Of a stretch of 53,615 nt of DNA, positions 25,780 through 34,459 are shown piece after piece. The DNA is from a virus: positions 1 to 53,615 of IMG/VR virus record IMGVR_UViG_3300045988_126023, one strand, 5' to 3'. Every line of letters starts with the position of its first letter. The stretch's first letter is position 1. The notes under the pieces are model-generated. The model did not search any database and had not been told where the DNA came from. It saw nothing but the letters and a program-made list of their open reading frames with translations. The translations under genes were made by a program, and so were the position numbers.

Positions 25780-26061
25780 ATGAAAGCAAGAAGAACGGAG
25801 CTAAATAAAGCAAAGCAGTTTGCAATCATTCCCACGGTCGGTATAACTTGGGGGTCGTATAATTGCGACGACACAACGGCATTTGGCAAATGCGGGTACG
25901 GTTGTATATGTGACTATTGCGAGGATAATTCATATGGTAGACCCTGTGTGCGTGCGTTAAATGCGCTTTGCCGAGACAAACACATAACCATTGATTATCA
26001 GGATAGAAACTTTGAAGAAGTTTTTGCAATGGCAGACAGAACGAAAGGTGATAAAAAATGA
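25780..26061 (+). CDS. Cys-rich hypothetical protein
   Basis: 93 aa with an AAGGAGAA SD. Cys cluster CGYGCICDYCEDNSYGRPC. Confidence 0.55.
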   Translation: MKARRTELNKAKQFAIIPTVGITWGSYNCDDTTAFGKCGYGCICDYCEDNSYGRPCVRALNALCRDKHITIDYQDRNFEEVFAMADRTKGDKK

Positions 26062-26291
26062 ACTGTTATTCAACAAAAAAAGCACGGGAACGAGCAATTG
26101 AGGATATGGCACAGGTTATGTATGTGGCGGTGGCTAATGTACTGACCGACAAGCTCAATTTCGGCAAGGTGAAAGTACAACAGACCTTACGGCAGATTGA
26201 AAAAGTGTTCGATATGCTTGCAGAGGGCAGAATGTCCCTTGACGATTGTAAGGCGGTTTTACATCAAGAGTATGACATTACGATAAAATAA
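26058..26291 (+). CDS. hypothetical protein
   Basis: 77 aa, with an ATGA start/stop overlap with the previous gene. Confidence 0.5.
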   Translation: MNCYSTKKARERAIEDMAQVMYVAVANVLTDKLNFGKVKVQQTLRQIEKVFDMLAEGRMSLDDCKAVLHQEYDITIK

Positions 26292-26302
26292 GGAGCTTTT
26301 AT

Positions 26303-26689
26303 ATGAAAGAAAGATTGAAAGAACTGATTGACGGCAATCCCGCCTATGTGTCAAATTCGGAATTGCTGGCCGAATATCTCATTGACAACGGTATAGTTGT
26401 GCCGCCGTATAGCACGAAAGACGATAGATACGAAAAGGAGGTTTTGACCGCAGCAATAAGAACATTTGGCGAAACCCACCAAGAGTGTTTAGCGACTGAG
26501 GAATGTGCTGAACTTATACAGGCTATAAACCATAAGCACAGAGGTAGAAAACACAACATGGCGGAAGAAATAGCAGATGTAGAAATTATGCTTGAGCAGT
26601 TAAAAATCATCAATAATTGTCGTGATGAAGTTGAAGAAATACATAATCAAAAAGTTAATAGGCTCTTTAATGTTGTGATTGATAGGTAG
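26303..26689 (+). CDS. MazG-like nucleotide pyrophosphohydrolase
   Basis: ECLATEECAELIQAINH...MAEEIADVEIMLEQLK fits the all-alpha NTP-PPase E..E...EE..D pattern. Confidence 0.5.
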   Translation: MKERLKELIDGNPAYVSNSELLAEYLIDNGIVVPPYSTKDDRYEKEVLTAAIRTFGETHQECLATEECAELIQAINHKHRGRKHNMAEEIADVEIMLEQLKIINNCRDEVEEIHNQKVNRLFNVVIDR

Positions 26690-26696
26690 CTATAAA

Positions 26697-26726
26697 GAAA
26701 AGACGGGAATAAAACCCCGTCTTTTC
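26697..26726. terminator. bidirectional terminator between convergent units
   Basis: gaaaagacggg-aataaaac-cccgtcttttc is an 11-bp stem. Confidence 0.75.
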
Positions 26727-26728
26727 TC

Positions 26729-27013
26729 CTATTTAGCTAAAATCAGTTTTTTACCAAGTTTTCGCAAATATATATAGTAAAACAAAAATTCATCATAATC
26801 CTTGAAAACAACCCATTTGTCGTAAATTATCAATGCTTCAATTTCTTTGCTTGCGATAACCTTGTTTATTGCTTCGGTGAATCTATCACCCCGAATATCA
26901 AAAATTCTTCGTTCTATGGAATATCCGTATCGTTTGGCTTTTTCGTTACAAACATTGTGTTGCTCAAAAATGGATATTTTCGTATTATTAGACATATATA
27001 AAATACAATTCAT
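26729..27013 (-). CDS. resolvase catalytic-domain-like protein lacking the YxRxS nucleophile motif and any DNA-binding domain
   Basis: 94 aa. ...EKAKRYGYSIERRIFDIRGDRF..INKVIASKEIEALIIYD...LRKLGKKLI follows the serine-recombinase N-domain layout. The start lies 16 nt after the integrase stop. Confidence 0.45.
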   Translation of the reverse strand: MNCILYMSNNTKISIFEQHNVCNEKAKRYGYSIERRIFDIRGDRFTEAINKVIASKEIEALIIYDKWVVFKDYDEFLFYYIYLRKLGKKLILAK

Positions 27014-27028
27014 CTTTTCAAACCCCTT

Positions 27029-28612
27029 TTATTTTAGTGGCTGTTGGTGCGTTTTTCGTTTAATAGATTTGTTTATCAATAGGGGGTTTATCGGGTGGCT
27101 TGCCCCCCTGTTTTTCCTCTTATCACCCCCGAGGGTGGAAAAATCCACCCTTAAATTAACTTCAAGGGTATCAGGATAAACAACGATACTATCAACAAAT
27201 GTGTTAAATACAACTTGTGCAAAATCAAAGTCAGGGTTATCTTTTAATTCCTCACGGAACTCTAATATCATATCTTTTATATCTTGAATATCAATAATGT
27301 TTAATTGTTCTAAATATAAATTTCTTTCAATTTGTTCTTCAATGTGTTTTCTTTCTTCTTTTAATGCATTGTTCTTTTCGTCGAGTACCTTTCTTTCCAT
27401 TCCGCCGTCAAGATACAACTCCATTAGTCTTGCTTGTTTATCTTTTACTTTTTCAAGCTGCTTTCTTAACTTTGCTGTTGGAATTAACGGTGCTTTTCTT
27501 TCGTTTTCAAGTTGAGTTGTCACACTAACTGCTATTTCATCAATAGCGTTGTCTGTTAGGACATTTTCTGTTATATTATCAATTACAAGTTTTTCGTAAT
27601 AATCTTTGTTTAAAGATGTGTTAGTACAGCCGTTTTGATTTTTTATTTTACCTTGACATTTGTAATAAGCGGACATATCACCGTTCTTGTTTTTCTTTTT
27701 TGCACCACTTCCGCAATAAGTAAATCCGCAAATACCGCAACGCAATTTGCCAGTCATTAGATATTTTCTTTTTCGGTGTTTTGGTTTGTTTGCGTCTTTC
27801 CTCAATTTTTGTACTCTTTCCCATAAATCTTCATCAACTATTGGATTTTTGATAATACCCTCTAAACGAATAACTTCCGTTTGAGTGTGATTGTAAATGA
27901 AATTACCTATATACTTTTCGTTTTGCAATAAATCGGTAATTGTGCGAGTGTTGAACTTCCTGCCGTATTGGTTGCGGTAGCCCTCACTGTTTAAGCGTTT
28001 AACAATTTGTGTTTTAGGAACGCCGTCCGCATATTCTTTAAATATCCGATAAATAATCGGTGCGTTTTCATCAGGATAATAGTAACCCTCATCATCAACG
28101 GACAAGCCGAGCAGTTTGCCACCGCCTGTATGCTTGCCTTTTAAGGCGTTTTCTAACATTCCCTTTTTGACCTCTAAAGCAAGGTTTTCCGAATAGTATT
28201 CGTCCATTGCTTCAATAAGGCTTTCAAGAATACGCCCCTCGGGACTATCGTCAATCGGTTGAGTAACAGAAACAACCTTAATATCAATATCCCTTAAACG
28301 CTTCTTATATAAGGCACTATCATATTTATTACGAGCAAAACGGTTAAATTTATGCACTAAAACACCGTCAATATCGTGTTTACCCTTTAGAATATCATCA
28401 ATCATTATTCGGAAGTCGTCACGATTATCCGTTTTTGCTGATTGCGCTTCATCCGTATAAATTGCAACGAGTTTAATGTCGTTATCTTCACAGTAGTTAC
28501 GAATTGCCCTTAATTGAGCGTCGATACTTTCGTCACGCTGATTGTTGGAAGAAAATCGGGCGTATGCTACCACCCTTTTTATATCTGCTTTATTCTTGAT
28601 GAATTTCCCCAT
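27029..28612 (-). CDS. int: large serine recombinase (integrase)
   Basis: VVAYARFSSNNQRDESIDAQ (catalytic Ser motif), a recombinase domain (IIYRIFKEYADGVPKTQIVKRLNSEGY), Cys-rich zinc ribbon and a coiled coil. The start is ATG 28612 after AAAGGAGC. Confidence 0.9.
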   Translation of the reverse strand: MGKFIKNKADIKRVVAYARFSSNNQRDESIDAQLRAIRNYCEDNDIKLVAIYTDEAQSAKTDNRDDFRIMIDDILKGKHDIDGVLVHKFNRFARNKYDSALYKKRLRDIDIKVVSVTQPIDDSPEGRILESLIEAMDEYYSENLALEVKKGMLENALKGKHTGGGKLLGLSVDDEGYYYPDENAPIIYRIFKEYADGVPKTQIVKRLNSEGYRNQYGRKFNTRTITDLLQNEKYIGNFIYNHTQTEVIRLEGIIKNPIVDEDLWERVQKLRKDANKPKHRKRKYLMTGKLRCGICGFTYCGSGAKKKNKNGDMSAYYKCQGKIKNQNGCTNTSLNKDYYEKLVIDNITENVLTDNAIDEIAVSVTTQLENERKAPLIPTAKLRKQLEKVKDKQARLMELYLDGGMERKVLDEKNNALKEERKHIEEQIERNLYLEQLNIIDIQDIKDMILEFREELKDNPDFDFAQVVFNTFVDSIVVYPDTLEVNLRVDFSTLGGDKRKNRGASHPINPLLINKSIKRKTHQQPLK

Positions 28613-28631
28613 TATGTTGCTCCTTTGATGT

Positions 28632-28955
28632 TTATTCAGGCATTTCAAGATACATTTTCATTACTTCTTTATAAAGCCGTTCTCGTTCTTCTTTTGGAAT
28701 GTCTTTGTTGAGAAAAATATTTTTAGCACGGCTTAACAATTCAAAACTTTCATTTTCTGTTGATACACCGAAATAATCAAGCCCCACGCCGTAAAACTCT
28801 GCAAAGCGACGCAAATCGGATAAATGCGGTGAACGACGCCCGACCTCATAATTACTTATCGTTGCACGGCTTAACCCTAATCTTTCAGATAATTCTTGTT
28901 GTGTCAATTTTCGCCCCTTTCTTAAAGTTTTCAATTTGTGTCCTATCGTACACAT
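28632..28955 (-). CDS. CI-like repressor (XRE HTH)
   Basis: LKTLRKGRKLTQQELSERLGLSRATISNYEVGRRSPHLSDLRRFAEFYGV. AGGAGGCG SD. Divergent from the early rightward genes. Confidence 0.75.
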   Translation of the reverse strand: MCTIGHKLKTLRKGRKLTQQELSERLGLSRATISNYEVGRRSPHLSDLRRFAEFYGVGLDYFGVSTENESFELLSRAKNIFLNKDIPKEERERLYKEVMKMYLEMPE

Positions 28956-29050
28956 TAAATGTATCGCCTCCTATCAACAATGATAACATATTATCATATA
29001 ATGTTTACAATGTGTATCATCAAGTAACAAAATTCAACAAAATGCAAACA

Positions 29051-29095
29051 TTTGTTGAATTTGCTATTGATTAAGAATTGATATATTAGTATAAT
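29051..29095 (+). promoter_or_regulatory. promoter cassette Pe3 (rightward switch promoter)
   Basis: TTTGTtgaaTTTGCtaTTGATT-17-TATAAT. The box overlaps the right arm of a 12-bp inverted repeat (29030-29041 / 29051-29062). Confidence 0.6.
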
Positions 29096-29154
29096 ATTTT
29101 CATTGATTGCTATTGTTTACAAAAATCCGAATAATGTAACGAGGTGTAGCGTTT

Positions 29155-29352
29155 TTGAAAAATAAGAGAGGAAGCACCATACAAGATAGATTGTCGTTTG
29201 ATATTGAATTAGCTAAAAACGCAGAAGATAGAGAGAATAAAAAAGCGTTAGCATTTCAAGCACTTGGAGCAGTTGAATTAGCGGTTGATTTTGGACTAAT
29301 TACATATATAGAATTTGAGCAGTACATACATAAAATATTTGAAATCTTATAG
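29155..29352 (+). CDS. hypothetical early protein
   Basis: 65 aa with a TTG start 8 nt after GAGGTG. First gene rightward from the switch region. Confidence 0.45.
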   Translation: MKNKRGSTIQDRLSFDIELAKNAEDRENKKALAFQALGAVELAVDFGLITYIEFEQYIHKIFEIL

Positions 29353-29439
29353 GGCGGTAGCCCTTATCTTTTTTGCATTTTGTGTCATTATGTTATCAAG
29401 TATGTACTTTATGCAACATATACAAAAATAAATTTTAGA

Positions 29440-29484
29440 TTTGGTTACTTTGCGAATAGAAATTTGTTTCAAAATGACTATAAT
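29440..29484 (+). promoter_or_regulatory. promoter cassette Pe4
   Basis: TTTGGttacTTTGCgaATAGAA-17-TATAAT. Follows a weak terminator at 29351-29375. Confidence 0.55.
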
Positions 29485-29527
29485 AATAATGTCGCAAGAC
29501 GAAACAACAAAAGAGAGGTAATGACAA

Positions 29528-29743
29528 ATGACAAAAGCAGAAGTAAAGAAAGAGTTAGAAATCTTTGGTAACAAGTTTTATGCTGATACCTGCTACAAGC
29601 TCAAATTTGAGATTGTCAGAAAAGTAATGAACAGCAAAGCGATACCCGACTTTGACAAGCTGTGTTTGATTGAACAGTACATAACAAATAACGCAACAAA
29701 TAACAGCATTATAGAGCACATCAAGCAGTTTAACACAAGATAG
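29528..29743 (+). CDS. hypothetical early protein
   Basis: 71 aa with an AGAGAGG SD 9 nt upstream. Confidence 0.55.
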   Translation: MTKAEVKKELEIFGNKFYADTCYKLKFEIVRKVMNSKAIPDFDKLCLIEQYITNNATNNSIIEHIKQFNTR

Positions 29744-29748
29744 TCAAT

Positions 29749-29787
29749 AGGGGCTTAATTGCCCCTTTTGCGCCATAACGAAACATT
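29749..29787 (+). repeat. conserved intergenic element IE-b
   Basis: aggggc-ttaatt-gcccct, tgcgcc at 29769, gaaacatt at 29780, the GAAAGGGGG SD, and the ATG at 29807. Confidence 0.7.
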
Positions 29788-29806
29788 TTGAAAGGGGGTG
29801 AATAAA

Positions 29807-30046
29807 ATGCAAAGGACAAACTTAAAGGTTTTTCGCACCGCACACAAACTGCGGCAAACGGATATTGCTTATGAGTTGGGTGTAAGCCGTGCAACATATA
29901 GCTTTATCGAAAGGGGGCTGAGAGGTGGCACGGCTGAGTTTTGGCGAAATCTACAGAGAACATACAATATACCTGACGCTGAAATGTGGTTGCTTCAAAA
30001 ACTTGACGAAAGCGAGAATGGGAAATGCGAAACGAAAGAAAATTGA
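29807..30046 (+). CDS. Cro-like XRE HTH regulator
   Basis: FRTAHKLRQTDIAYELGVSRATYSFIERGLRGGTAEFW. ATG 29807 is preferred over GTG 29798 by analogy with IE-a and IE-c spacing. Confidence 0.6.
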   Translation: MQRTNLKVFRTAHKLRQTDIAYELGVSRATYSFIERGLRGGTAEFWRNLQRTYNIPDAEMWLLQKLDESENGKCETKEN

Positions 30047-30136
30047 TAGTCCGATTGATTGATAGTGACAAGGTACATAATCACAGACTGTTAGCGGAGT
30101 TTTTCGCAAAAAAATTTAATGAAAGAAGTGTAGAAA

Positions 30137-30355
30137 ATGACAAAATATGAAAGAGTATTCAGGTGGGAAGTTCTTGACAAAATTCGAGAGAAAAAGAGAG
30201 TTTATTTAATCGACCGTTTACTGGTGAATGATACTCGTGCTATTCAATCTTTAAACGATATGGAGACACAAAGAGTTTGCGAACTTCTCGACTACGATAA
30301 TGACGATAACAGATATGACTTTTTCACAATGGAGGCGGTAGCTGATGAAAAATGA
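30137..30355 (+). CDS. hypothetical protein
   Basis: 72 aa. Confidence 0.5.
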   Translation: MTKYERVFRWEVLDKIREKKRVYLIDRLLVNDTRAIQSLNDMETQRVCELLDYDNDDNRYDFFTMEAVADEK

Positions 30356-31175
30356 AATTATTGTGGTAAAGCAGCTCCCCGAGATTGAGGAACACCTGCA
30401 AGCAATCAAAGAAGAAGTCACCATAAAAGTAAATGACGCTTTAGGCCTTGTTTGCAACGAAACCACCGTTAAAGAAGTCAAGGCAGTAAGGGCAAGCCTT
30501 AACAAAGACCTGAAAGACTTTGAGGAACGGCGCAAAGCTGTAAAAAAGGCCATAATGACACCCTATGAAGCCTTTGAGAGCGTATATAAAGATTGCATTT
30601 CAGACACATACAAAAAGGCTGATATTGAGCTAAAAAATAAGATTGACAGCGTTGAAAACGAGCTTAAAGAGCAGAAAACGGCAGAAGTCAAAGGGTATTT
30701 TGATGAATACCGTGACAGCAAGATTGCAAACGGTATTACTTGGATTGGTTTTGCAAACGCAAATATCAATGTGACGCTTTCGGCAAGTATGAAAAGCCTG
30801 AAAGAGCAAGCGAAAGCATTTATTGACCGCATTTGTGATGATTTGAGCTTGATTGATACACAGGAACATAAAGACGAGATTTTGTACGAATACAAACAAT
30901 CTTTAAATGTATCAAACGCCATTACAATGGTTGCGAACAGATACAAGTCCATTGAAGCCGCCAAAGCCACAGAAGAAGAACGCAAGGCAAGAGAGCAGGC
31001 AGCAGCAGAAGCAGCCGCAAAGGTTGAAGCAGTCGCCCCGCCGACAGTAGAGCCGATTGCGCCGCCCGTTGAGGAAGAAAAGGTATATACCCTTAAATTC
31101 ACGGTCAAGGCAACAATGCCGCAGTTGAAAGCTCTTAAAGAATTTTTGAATAATGGAGGTTACGATTATGAGTAA
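30345..31175 (+). CDS. DUF1351-like protein (commonly precedes RecT in Firmicute phages)
   Basis: The IIVVKQLPEIEEHLQAIKEEV... N-terminus, an Ala/Glu/Pro-rich linker, and its position upstream of recT. Confidence 0.5.
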   Translation: MKNEIIVVKQLPEIEEHLQAIKEEVTIKVNDALGLVCNETTVKEVKAVRASLNKDLKDFEERRKAVKKAIMTPYEAFESVYKDCISDTYKKADIELKNKIDSVENELKEQKTAEVKGYFDEYRDSKIANGITWIGFANANINVTLSASMKSLKEQAKAFIDRICDDLSLIDTQEHKDEILYEYKQSLNVSNAITMVANRYKSIEAAKATEEERKAREQAAAEAAAKVEAVAPPTVEPIAPPVEEEKVYTLKFTVKATMPQLKALKEFLNNGGYDYE

Positions 31176-31869
31176 CGAAGAAAAAAAAGAAATAACGGTT
31201 CAGTACGAGGTTGACGGCGAAAATATTAAATTAACGCCTAAAATCGTACAAGAATATATAGTGGGAACAGACGCACAAATTACAATGCCCGAATTTAAAA
31301 TGTTTACTTCATTATGCAAGGCTCGAAAGCTCAACCCGTTTTTGAAAGAGGCATATTGTATCAAATACGGCAAGCAGCCCGCACAGATTGTCGTCGGCAA
31401 GGACGCAGTATTAAAAAGGGCAATACTCAACCCTCAGTTTGACGGTATAGAAAGCGGCGTTATTGCTCAGGTAAAAGAAACAGGCGAGATTATTGAACGC
31501 AAAGGAACATTTTATATAAAAGAGCAAGAAAATCTTGTCGGCGGTTGGGCTAAAGTGTTCCGTAAAAATTGGTCTCACCCGACATTCTGTAGCGTTTCAT
31601 TTGATGAAGTAGCACAGAAAAAGTCAGACGGCTCTTTAAATTCAAATTGGAGCGGTAAGGGCGCAACAATGGTTGAAAAGGTCGCAAAGGTAAGAGCTTT
31701 ACGAGAAACATTCATTGAAGATTTAGGCGGTATGTACGAGGCCGAAGAAATGGGCGTTGACCTACCGAGAGAAAACGCACCGCAGGAACAGGTTATTATT
31801 GAGCAAAACGAGCCTATTGAGGTTGAGGCAGTACCCGCTGATGATGTTGTGTCAATGAGCGAGATATAA
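31168..31869 (+). CDS. recT: RecT/Bet-family single-strand annealing protein
   Basis: FTSLCKARKLNPFLKEAYCIKYGKQPAQIVVGKDAVLKRA...FDGIESGV. The ATG at 31168 follows GGAGGT. Confidence 0.75.
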   Translation: MSNEEKKEITVQYEVDGENIKLTPKIVQEYIVGTDAQITMPEFKMFTSLCKARKLNPFLKEAYCIKYGKQPAQIVVGKDAVLKRAILNPQFDGIESGVIAQVKETGEIIERKGTFYIKEQENLVGGWAKVFRKNWSHPTFCSVSFDEVAQKKSDGSLNSNWSGKGATMVEKVAKVRALRETFIEDLGGMYEAEEMGVDLPRENAPQEQVIIEQNEPIEVEAVPADDVVSMSEI

Positions 31870-31870
31870 T

Positions 31871-32539
31871 ATGCGCTATAACATCATATCTACAGGCTCA
31901 CAGGGGAACGCCGTAGTCTTGAATGATTGCATTTTGACAGATTGCGGCGTTTCATTCAAAGCCCTAAAAGAAGTTTACAAGAATCTAAAACTTGTATTGC
32001 TGACCCACGAACACGGCGACCATTTCAAGCCGCAAACGATAAAACGGCTTGCACAGGAAAGACCTACATTGCGTTTCGGTTGTTGTGAATGGCTGGTAAA
32101 AGACCTTTTAAGTGCTGGCGTTGATAAAAAAAATATAGATGTCTATAAAATCGGCAGAATTTACGATTACGGCGCTTTTAAGGTTAGCCCTATCAAGTTA
32201 TACCACGATGTGCCGAACGCAGGCTACAGGCTATTTCTCGGGGCAGAAAAGGCAATATACGCAACCGACACAGGCCACTTGCGAGGTATCACAGCGAAAG
32301 ACTATTCGCTCTATCTAATCGAGGCGAACTATGACGAGGACGACTTAGAGCAAAGAATAATTGAAAAAACCGCCGCAGGTCAATATTGTTATGAATTGAA
32401 TGTAGCTGAACGGCATTTATCACATGAGCAAGCCTCTGAATGGTTAATGCAGAATATGGGGAAGCACAGCAATTATGTGTTTTTGCACGGCCACAAAGAC
32501 AGAGAAAAACCGAAAGAGTGGGAATATGCAGATACATAA
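31871..32539 (+). CDS. metallo-beta-lactamase-fold hydrolase (possible recombination exonuclease partner)
   Basis: LLTHEHGDHF motif. Immediately downstream of recT. Confidence 0.6.
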   Translation: MRYNIISTGSQGNAVVLNDCILTDCGVSFKALKEVYKNLKLVLLTHEHGDHFKPQTIKRLAQERPTLRFGCCEWLVKDLLSAGVDKKNIDVYKIGRIYDYGAFKVSPIKLYHDVPNAGYRLFLGAEKAIYATDTGHLRGITAKDYSLYLIEANYDEDDLEQRIIEKTAAGQYCYELNVAERHLSHEQASEWLMQNMGKHSNYVFLHGHKDREKPKEWEYADT

Positions 32540-32572
32540 TGTGTCACTTTGTTATCAAAAGGAGCTGATTTA

Positions 32573-32758
32573 ATGGACTACACAGGGAAGCTATTAAAAG
32601 GCTTGTATGCAGCCATTGACCTATTGAAAGACATTAAAAACCAAAACAAAGAGATTTTGAAAGAGCTGAAAGAGTTTCCGCACTTAGAAGAATACGACAG
32701 CGGAGATTGCGGCACATTTGGTATCGACGGGGGTGATTCCGACGATAACAACAGCTAA
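32573..32758 (+). CDS. hypothetical acidic protein
   Basis: 61 aa from the ATG after AAAGGAGC. Confidence 0.5.
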   Translation: MDYTGKLLKGLYAAIDLLKDIKNQNKEILKELKEFPHLEEYDSGDCGTFGIDGGDSDDNNS

Positions 32759-33383
32759 AATAGTAGGTTATGACGGTGAAATATTGCAGCTAAAGCCGCT
32801 CGGTTATATTGACCGTGAACTGCTGCAAAAGCAAGTTGATATTATCGAAATTCGCTTAGTGGACGGCAGGGAAATATCCGCAGAGCAGCGGAGAAAGATA
32901 TTTGCAACCGTGCGAGATATAGCAGCTTGGAGCGGACACGAACCCGAATACATACGGCAGTTTACAGAATTTGATTTCCGCCTGCAAAACGGCTTAGAAC
33001 CTTTCAGCCTATCAGATTGTGACAAGTCAACCGCAAGGGAGTTTATCAGTTATCTCATTGAGTTTTGCTTTAATCACGGTGTACCGACAAGAGACACCTT
33101 GCTCAACAGAACGGACGACATAGGAAAATACCTTTACTACTGCCTTGAGCATAGGCGCTGTGCCGTATGTAACGAAAAAGCAGATATACACCATGTTACC
33201 GCCGTTGGAATGGGGCGAGACCGTGAGCAAATTATACACGCTGGTATGGAGGCCATAGCTTTATGCCGTAAACATCATCAGGAGGCACACATAAAAGGAA
33301 AAGCTTTCTTTGATGAATACCACATTTACGGTATTAAGCTCGACAAATACCTTTGCGACATTTTGAACTTAAAAAAGGAGTAA
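32718..33383 (+). CDS. HNH/zinc-finger nuclease-like protein
   Basis: RRCAVCNEKADIHHVTAVGMGRDREQIIHAGMEAIALCRKHHQEAH. The start is uncertain (TTG 32718). Confidence 0.45.
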   Translation: MVSTGVIPTITTAKIVGYDGEILQLKPLGYIDRELLQKQVDIIEIRLVDGREISAEQRRKIFATVRDIAAWSGHEPEYIRQFTEFDFRLQNGLEPFSLSDCDKSTAREFISYLIEFCFNHGVPTRDTLLNRTDDIGKYLYYCLEHRRCAVCNEKADIHHVTAVGMGRDREQIIHAGMEAIALCRKHHQEAHIKGKAFFDEYHIYGIKLDKYLCDILNLKKE

Positions 33384-33390
33384 AAAGAAA

Positions 33391-33546
33391 ATGAAAAAGT
33401 ACGCTATTGAGTGGGAAACTTGCTATTGCGAAGATTACCCCGAAAGCTCGGGAGTGCAATATGTAGAGGCGGAAAATGAAGAACAGGCAGAAAAGAAATT
33501 TAATGTTTTTCATGCTGTGATTTTAGGTATAAGCGAGGTGAATTAA
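33391..33546 (+). CDS. small hypothetical protein (51 aa), below the ORF-track cut-off
   Basis: AAGGAG SD. MKKYAIEWETCYCEDYPESSGVQYVEAENEEQAEKKF... Fills the gap before ssb. Confidence 0.5.
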   Translation: MKKYAIEWETCYCEDYPESSGVQYVEAENEEQAEKKFNVFHAVILGISEVN

Positions 33547-33547
33547 A

Positions 33548-33964
33548 ATGCTTAATAATGTAAATTTGTGCGGCAGATTGGTAGAAAACCCCGAACTCAA
33601 GAAAACCACGAACGGAACAAGCGTTACCGCGTTTACAATCGCCGTAGACCGAGATTATACAAGCGGCGACGAAAAGCAAACAGATTTTATTAAAATTGTC
33701 GCTTGGCGAGGAACGGCCGAATTTGTCAGCAAGTATTTTACCAAAGGCAAGCTGATTATTATAAACGGCGCTATTCAAGTAAGAAAATATGTCAATCAGG
33801 ACGGCGAAAACCGATATATAACAGAGGTAATAGCAAACCATGTTTATTTTGCGGGGGATAAAAGCGAAAAGCCAAATGTAAATGTAAATGATGAACTGCC
33901 GACATATGCAAGTGACAACCGTTATGTTGAGGAAATTGAGGATATGGAAGATATGCCGTTTTAA
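33548..33964 (+). CDS. ssb: single-stranded DNA-binding protein
   Basis: OB-fold pattern NNVNLCGRLVENPELKKTTNGTSVTAFTIAV...DFIKIVAWRGTAEF and an acidic tail EDMEDMPF. Confidence 0.85.
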   Translation: MLNNVNLCGRLVENPELKKTTNGTSVTAFTIAVDRDYTSGDEKQTDFIKIVAWRGTAEFVSKYFTKGKLIIINGAIQVRKYVNQDGENRYITEVIANHVYFAGDKSEKPNVNVNDELPTYASDNRYVEEIEDMEDMPF

Positions 33965-33976
33965 GGGGGAATAACA

Positions 33977-34276
33977 ATGGCAAAATTAAAAACTATGGAA
34001 AAAGTCGTTTTGCAGGTTCTTGAAGAAAGCCCAGCAGCACGGGGCGACGACTATGTTTTAATGTGGCTTGTATGTGAAAAAATTAAGCCTGAATTAGTCG
34101 AAAAGCCGTTTGCAGATGTTTTATATCATCATGTTGCTTTAGGCTTACCGAACTGGGAAACAGTTACACGCTGCCGCCGCAAAATTCAGGAGAAGCGCCC
34201 CGATTTGGTAGCCCCTGAAACAGCAAAGAAACGCCGTAAAGAGGAACAGGAATACATTGAGTATTCACATACATAA
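33977..34276 (+). CDS. hypothetical protein
   Basis: 99 aa with a GGGGGA SD. Confidence 0.55.
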   Translation: MAKLKTMEKVVLQVLEESPAARGDDYVLMWLVCEKIKPELVEKPFADVLYHHVALGLPNWETVTRCRRKIQEKRPDLVAPETAKKRRKEEQEYIEYSHT

Positions 34277-34459
34277 TGCGACGAAACGAAACAATTTACA
34301 GTTTGTTCACAAATTGTGTTTCAAAATGAGATATAATATTCTTGTGGTAACGGTATTGCGCTACTGTTACACAGTAAACAGAATATTGTTATCACGGGCG
34401 TATTGTATGTGAGGGGCGCAAACCTCCATGCAGTGCGCTTTTTATTTTGGGGAGATTAT

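Noticed and set aside
26690-29154. Assignment of an attP core next to the serine integrase.
   Set aside because: The flanking gaps are terminators or shorter than 40 bp. No imperfect inverted repeat around a central dinucleotide could be singled out by eye, and the assignment needs a host attB/attL/attR comparison.
30025-30150. A 41-aa ORF (MRNERKLIVRLIDSDKVHNH...) bridging the Cro-like gene and 30137..30355.
   Set aside because: It has only a weak SD, overlaps both neighbours and has no supporting feature. It is possibly real, but the evidence is too weak to list.
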